DNA from: Rhodocyclaceae bacterium | GTDB lineage: Bacteria > Pseudomonadota > Gammaproteobacteria > Burkholderiales > Rhodocyclaceae | DNA: 64,000 nucleotides | Assembly (NCBI GenBank): GCA_008933825.1 | Contig: WBUF01000008.1 | Coordinates: 4,543-68,542 of the forward strand | Reading direction: 5' to 3' | Shown here: positions 62,522 through 64,000 of the stretch, in pieces | How positions within the stretch are numbered: position 1 is the first letter of the stretch | How the letters are laid out: each line of letters begins with the position of its first letter | The notes under the pieces: model-generated | What the model saw: the letters and a program-made list of their open reading frames with translations, nothing else | Told to the model about the DNA's origin: nothing | The model's database searches: none | Made by a program: the position numbers and the translations under genes

Positions 62522-64000
62522 ATGATCAATTTCGTGATGCCCGATCTCTACCCCGCCTCGGCGGAGATCTTCATCCTGGTGATGGCCTGCGTGCTGCTGC
62601 TGGTCGACCTGTTCGCTGGGAAAGGCCGCCGCTGGCTGGCCTACCTGATGGCCCAGCTGACCCTGGCCGGCTGCTTCGGCATTACATTCGTCACCATGGA
62701 CGGGCAGGGCGTGACGACCTTCAGCAACATGTTCGTCGACGACCTCTTCGCCGACTTCCTGAAGCTGGCGCTCTATCCGGCGGTGGCGATCATGCTGGTC
62801 TACAGTCGCGCCTACCTCGCCGCGCGCAACCTGGACCGCGGCGAGTTCTACCTGCTGGTGCTGTTCGCCACGCTGGGCATGATGGTGATGATCTCGGCCA
62901 GCCACTTCGTCACGGTTTATCTCGGCCTCGAACTGCTGGCGCTGTCGATGTATGCGCTGGTGGCGATCGACCGTGATTCGGTGCGCGCCACCGAGGCGGC
63001 GATGAAGTACTTCGTGCTCGGCTCGATGGCCTCGGGCCTGCTGCTCTACGGCATGTCGATGGTGTACGGTGCCATCGGCTCGCTCGAGATCGCCGAGATG
63101 GGGCAGCGCATCGCGCTGGGCGGCGGCAACAAGACGGTGCTGGTGTTCGGCCTGATCTTCGTCGTCGCCGGCCTCGCCTTCAAGCTGGGCGTGGTGCCCT
63201 TCCATATGTGGGTGCCCGACGTTTATCACGGCGCACCGACGGCGGTGACGCTGCTTCTCGGCTCGGCGCCGAAGCTGGCCGCCTTTGCCATCACGCTGCG
63301 CGTGCTGGTCACCGGCCTGGCCGAGCTGGCCGAGCACTGGCAGGTGATGCTGATGATCCTCGCCGCCCTGTCCATCGCGCTGGGCAACCTGGCCGCCATC
63401 GCGCAGCGCAACCTCAAGCGCATGCTGGCCTACTCGGCGATTTCCCACATGGGCTTCATGCTGCTGGGCGTGCTCTCCGGCATCGTCGGCGGCGACCCGC
63501 GCTTCACGCTGAATGCCTACAGCTCGGCGATGTTCTACGCCATCGCCTACGTGCTGATGAGCCTGGGCGCCTTCGGCATGATTCTCCTGCTCTCGCGCGC
63601 CGGCTTCGAGGCCGAGGAGATCGACGATTTCAGGGGACTTAACCGGCGCAGTCCCTGGTTCGCAGCGATCATGATGATCCTCATGTTCTCGATGGCCGGG
63701 GTGCCGTTCTTCGTAGGCTTCTTCGCCAAGTTCGCCGTGCTGCAGGCGGTGGTCGCCGCCAACCAGATATGGCTGGCGGTGTTCGCCGTGCTGTTCTCGC
63801 TGATCGGCGCCTTCTACTACCTGCGTGTAGTGAAGGTCATGTATTTCGATGCACCGACTGACACCGCCCCGCTCGAGGCACCGCGCGACATGCGCATCCT
63901 GCTCTCGGTCAACGGCCTGGCCGTGGCCTTCCTTGGCCTGCTGCCGGAAGGCGTGCTGAAATACGCGATCTACGCCACTTACACCTTCCTCCTCGGCAGC
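62522..64000 (+). CDS. nuoN: NADH-quinone oxidoreductase subunit N (3' end beyond window; absent from ORF track)
   Basis: ATG 62522 opens a frame with [29 protein letters not shown] and [13 protein letters not shown] that stays open to the window end. Confidence 0.95.
   Translation, partial: MINFVMPDLYPASAEIFILVMACVLLLVDLFAGKGRRWLAYLMAQLTLAGCFGITFVTMDGQGVTTFSNMFVDDLFADFLKLALYPAVAIMLVYSRAYLAARNLDRGEFYLLVLFATLGMMVMISASHFVTVYLGLELLALSMYALVAIDRDSVRATEAAMKYFVLGSMASGLLLYGMSMVYGAIGSLEIAEMGQRIALGGGNKTVLVFGLIFVVAGLAFKLGVVPFHMWVPDVYHGAPTAVTLLLGSAPKLAAFAITLRVLVTGLAELAEHWQVMLMILAALSIALGNLAAIAQRNLKRMLAYSAISHMGFMLLGVLSGIVGGDPRFTLNAYSSAMFYAIAYVLMSLGAFGMILLLSRAGFEAEEIDDFRGLNRRSPWFAAIMMILMFSMAGVPFFVGFFAKFAVLQAVVAANQIWLAVFAVLFSLIGAFYYLRVVKVMYFDAPTDTAPLEAPRDMRILLSVNGLAVAFLGLLPEGVLKYAIYATYTFLLGS

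Overview
High-GC betaproteobacterial chromosomal backbone; the gene order and proteins look Rhodocyclales/Sterolibacteriaceae-like, which is an inference. The window is almost all housekeeping genes: MFS, entericidin-leuB-asd-fimV-ecfT-like-truA-trpFBA-accD-folC-dedD-cvpA-purF, SAM-II riboswitch-metZ, lpxH-ppiB-ppiA, an L,D-transpeptidase/TPR pair, cysS, an orphan ABC binding protein, dnaJ-dnaK-grpE, hemH-hrcA, nadK-recN, GDT1-fur, bamE-dapB-carAB-greA, yhbY, rlmE-ftsH-folP-glmM-tpiA-secG-tRNA-Leu and nuoA-N (nuoN is cut by the window end). I saw no transposase, integrase, prophage or CRISPR array. The only accessory-looking stretch is about 3 kb (27.7-30.75 kb) that separates hrcA-hemH from grpE-dnaK-dnaJ. 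It holds a Hanks Ser/Thr kinase with a cNMP-binding domain, a cryptic hairpin-rich 0.5-kb segment, trxC, and a stand-alone tandem AP2-domain protein. Two outward-facing sigma28/FliA-type promoters flank trxC: one points at the AP2 gene and the other at the cryptic segment. Other signals are a SAM-II riboswitch with an apparent terminator/antiterminator platform, a GTTTT initial transcript at the carA promoter, fur directly followed by a GDT1/MneA-family gene, and several probable leaderless genes. All assignments come from reading motifs by eye; no database search was run.
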